Shown piece by piece: positions 59,399 through 64,000 of a stretch of 64,000 nucleotides of DNA. Made by a program: the position numbers and the translations under genes. Source of the DNA: Neocallimastix sp. 'constans' (Eukaryota). The DNA lies in contig JBODTK010000010.1 in assembly GCA_050613775.1 (NCBI GenBank), forward strand, positions 186,001-250,000, read 5' to 3'. Position 1 is the first letter of the stretch; the number at the start of each line of letters is the position of its first letter. The notes below the pieces were generated by a model. It was not told the DNA's origin. It saw nothing but the letters and a program-made list of their open reading frames with translations, and did no database searches.

Positions 59399-60579
59399 AT
59401 GTATAATTTTTTTATGAATTTAAATTTTTATTTTATAAATTTTATTATAAATTTTATATATACAATTTAATGTATCATTTATTTATTATTAATTAATTTT
59501 TTTATTATTTATATTTAATATATTTATTTTTACAATTCTTATCAATAAAATATTATAATTCAACTAATATTTCTAAAAGATTATAATATTAAAATATTTT
59601 AATTAACAAGTATAAATATATTAAAATTTAATTTAATTATTATTTTATGAAATAATAAATTTATTTAGCAAAAAAATTTAGTGAATAAAAAAAAGGATTA
59701 TGTTTTTATATTTTATTTATTCTATAAGTTTTATATTTCTTAATTTTATTGTTTAATCAAATTTCTTTATTAATAAATAATATTTAATTATTTATCAAAG
59801 AAGCAAATTTATATTTCTAATATATTGAAGTTATATATAATAGTAATCATAAAAATAAAGAAAGAAAGAAAACTAAATTAATTTAATAATAAAATTATGA
59901 TAAAGGTATTAATATTTTTTTTTTTTAAAAAAAAATATTATGAATATTAAATTTATTGTATAATCATAAGGACTTTATAATTGAAAGTTATGATTAAAAT
60001 TAATTTTTATTAATATAAATAAAAACATTATATTATAAAAAATATTAACAATATTTAGTAATAATTTATCTTTATTAATATTACTATTTTACTAAAGTAA
60101 TAAAATAAAAAATAAATAAATAGATAGAAAAAAAAAAAAATAAAAGTTTCTTTTTAAGTATAAATTTTATATTAATAGGAAATTTACTAAAAAAAAAAAA
60201 ATTATAAAATAGAATAAAATAAAATTAAATGAAAAAAATAAAATAAAAAATAAAAAATAAAAAAAAAAAATAAAAATAAAAATCTTAAAATAGTTAAGTT
60301 TTTAATTTGAGCAATGTATATAAGTTATACAATTCAATTAATATAATTTTATGAAAGATAGATTTAATATAAGTTCAGAGATCATTACATTATAAAAATA
60401 GAAAAATTATTGTTCAATTTTATAAAAATAATAATAAAAAAGTATTTAATATATATATATTTCTGTAAGTCAATATAACATTTAAATTATATAAATTATT
60501 AACCATTTTATATATATAATTTTATAATTTAATACATAATTTTTATTATCATTTAAAATCCAAATATAAATAATAAGAA

Positions 60580-61161
60580 ATGGCAAAATCAGTAAAGAAA
60601 ACATATGAAAAAGAATTATTTATTATACGTGGTTTACCTGGTTCAGGCAAAACCTCATTGGCGAAATCAATTTTAGATAATGGAGCTGGTATTATTCATT
60701 CTTCTGATGACTATTTTACAGATGAAAGAAATGTATTTCGTTTTAATAAATTAAAAATAAATGATGCTTTGAAGTTTAATCAACAACAATGTGAAGAATC
60801 TTGTCGTAAAGGAATTTTAAGAATTATTGTAGATGATAATCATGTTAAACGCTGGAGTGTTAAACCTTTAATTGAAACAGGAAAAAAATATAATTATAGA
60901 ATTATTATACGTGAACCAGAGACTTCTTGGTGGAAAACTAGAAATGTAAACGAAATGGCTAAAAGAACAAAACATAAATACCCAATTAGTGTAATAAAAA
61001 AATTATTAGAAATGTGGGATACAGATTTTTCAATAGAGTCTATTTTAAATGAAAAAATGCCAAATAATAAAGAAGAAATCATTGATCAAATAGTTCAAAA
61101 TCCAGTGAGATCTTCAGGGCCTGGAAAAGGTTCAAATATAAACAATCCACGAAATGATAAG
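60580..61161 (+). CDS. N4BP2-like P-loop kinase (AAA_33) domain protein, first exon
   Basis: LFIIRGLPGSGKTSLAK, IHSSDDYF, REPETSWW and probable donor AAG/GTATAC at 61161/61162. Confidence 0.85.
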
Positions 61162-62784
61162 GTATACATTGATAATAGATTTTATAATTATATATAATAT
61201 TATTATTGTTAGTATTATTTTATTTAGAAAATGAAAAAAAATAAATTTGATTTTAAGAATTCCATAATTTACATGTTTCACCAATTATTTTCTTATATGA
61301 AACAACTGTAAAAAATTATGATTCTTTGGATATATTATATAAAAATGAAAATTAGAATCATAAATTTTTAATATTCATATTAATATTAAATGGTGAATCT
61401 TTAAAATTTAATGTATAAATATATAATTTCAGTAATACTTTAAATATATAAATTTATAAAAAAATCAAAGAATTATTAAAAATCAAAGAATTATTAAAAA
61501 TCAAAAGTTATTTATTAAAATCTAATACTCTTTAATTTAAAGAAGAAAAATATTAATAGTTAAAATTGACTTAAATTATAAAGCAAATTAGATTTTTAAA
61601 AAGTGAAATATATCATATTCTACACACTATCACATTAAAATTAATTAAATTTTGTAAAAAAAAAAATGAATAATTTAATAAATATATACTAAAGAAATAA
61701 TGATAATAGAATAATTATATACAGTAATAAAATTTATTATAATTATTTAAATCACTAAAAAAGATAAAAAAAATTTTTTTAAAAATTTAAAAATAAGAGA
61801 ATAATTATAAATATAAACAAGTTAATATTCAATGAAGTCTGTTAAGATACACTATATTAACATTAATATTATATATCAATATTTTCAATTAAAAATTCCA
61901 GTAATCCTATAATATTTAATTAAATAATAAGACTAGCAACTCTTAATTTTGTTTTATTATATTTATAATTATTATTCTCTTTTAATTTTCATTCATAAAT
62001 TATATCTTTATAATAAAAATTTAAATGAGAATAATGATAATAACAATTAAATTTATAATATATTTCTTTTTTATATTTATACAATTTATTTATATATATT
62101 ACATTTTTTATTAAATAATTCACATATAATTATGATATATATAATATCATATAAATAATTAATATAATAATAATTGATATATTAAAAAAATAATAATAAA
62201 ATTAATAAGAAAATAAATTCTAGACATAATCACTATAATGGTAAAGTTAACAAAAATTTTTATTTCAACAATAAAATTCAATTTAATTATTTATATTTCA
62301 ATAATTTTTTTTTCTTTATAAGTATAATTTAATATTTAATTAAGATAAAATTACTATATTTTTATTTTAATATTTTTATCGAAATTAATTGGATTATATA
62401 TAAGCATGTATATTAATTGAAAAAATTATGAAATACAAAAATATTTATAAAATTTAAAATTATATGAAAATAATTATAATAACATCTTAGTAATATTTTT
62501 AATTTGCTTTATTATAAATGCAATTACATTTAAATTTAACAATTAAAATTAAAATTAGAATTAAAAAAAAAAAAAAAAAAAAAAGGAAAAAACATTTTGA
62601 TCAATCATTACATTAGTAATTTATACTATTTAGTATTAATAATAGATATCATTAAATGAAATGTATAAAAATTGAAAAAAGATAATCCACCTTAGTTACA
62701 AAGTCATTCAATAACAATATAGTTAAATTAGACATAAAAAAAAGTCTTTCATTTATATACTAATTAAAATTAGACTTATTAAAC

Positions 62785-62827
<43 letters not shown>

Positions 62828-63293
62828 CAATTGAAATATTTATACAAAAAGAAATATAAATATAATAGTAGAATAGTAGTATACTTTTTTAATTTATAAT
62901 AAAAAAAAAAAAAAATACTTTAAATAAATTGATATATTATTAATTCAAATAATTAAATTTTCATGAATTTAATAAGTCTAATTAAAGAGTTAGAGTAGAG
63001 AATATAAAGATAATTATTAATTTAAAAATTTTTCATTAATGCTAGTAATATTAATGATAATAATAAACAATATTAATATAATTATGAAGATAATCAGTAT
63101 TAAAATTACAATATTTTTTTAATAATATATTATATTATAAGTTTTTTTTTTTATAAATAATTAATAATAATTAATTCATTTAGCCTAAAAAATTACAATA
63201 TATGTATATATATTTATTAATAAATTAAGTAGGAATAAATAGTTTATACAAATAATAGTAATAATATAATTTAGAAAAAAAATAGTATATAAT

Positions 63294-63328
<35 letters not shown>

Positions 63329-63394
63329 CATTATTTTAGTTAATTTATTTTTTTATTTTTATTATTATTATTATTATTTTCTTTTAATAAATAG

Positions 63395-64000
63395 GACCAC
63401 CACCTAAAGGAAATATTAATTCAGGAAGAAATAATTATGTTGCGTCAAAACCTAGAAACTTAGATAATTATAGATCACAGCCATATTATCCTCAAAGTCG
63501 AGGAGGAAGAGATTCAAGTAATCATCGCGGTAGTTATTATGACAGACCACCTAATGGTAATAGTAGACATTCATACAAGCCTCCAATGAATCATGACCGA
63601 AGCTATTATTCACCACCTCCACCACCACCTCCACCTCATTCTTCTGGAAGTTATAGAAACTCCTATCCATCATCTTATGACCGTTATGATCGTAATGATA
63701 ATCTTCCACCATTACCACCACAAAATTACGATCGTTATGATCATAATGATAATCCTCCTTATTATGATCGTTACGATGATCGTGGTAACGGTAGTATGTA
63801 TGATAGTCGTGATCGTGGAAGAGGAGATTCTTCACTAGCACCACCTCCACGTCAAGACCGTTACAGTAAAGGAGGTAGAATGAGTGGTAGTGGAAATTAT
63901 GATAAATATGATAGAAGTGGTGGTAGTGGGCCCAGTGGTAATCCACCATCTCAATACTATAATGGTCGTAGAGATAGTGCACCACCACCTCCACCGCCTC
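63395..64000 (+). CDS. Pro/Tyr/Asp/Arg/Gly-rich low-complexity exon, running off the window
   Basis: Acceptor TAG at 63392-63394. Open frame xPPPKGNINSGRNNY..YYSPPPPPPPHSSGSY..YDRYDRNDN..RGRGD..PPPPPP with no stop. May belong to the 60580 gene. Confidence 0.75.

Overview
This is extremely AT-rich, intron-containing eukaryotic DNA. The base composition, GT-AG introns, a flagellar IFT88 gene and a solute-binding-protein (SBP)/7TM fusion gene point to an anaerobic gut fungus (Neocallimastigomycota); this taxon is inferred. The left half (about 3-35 kb) is a fast-evolving accessory region built around membrane receptors. It holds one intact 5-exon SBP-GPCR gene (731 aa) plus a deleted paralog, and four members of a second, orphan 7TM family: two intact 2-exon genes, one near-complete pseudogene and one remnant. 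A tandem segmental duplication links the two families. The region also has two poly(A)-tailed, TSD-flanked retro-insertions, two inverted copies of an LTR-like element, and decayed bacterial-type genes (AAA-ATPase/PD-(D/E)XK, HXXEE). The right half holds conserved genes: CD2BP2/LIN1-like, IFT88, TPX2-like, RPN11 and an N4BP2-like P-loop protein. It also contains a PWP2 pseudogene, a CDK-like remnant and a small spliced gene ending in DDDLPF. All gene models and homologies were read and translated by eye; no database search was run.
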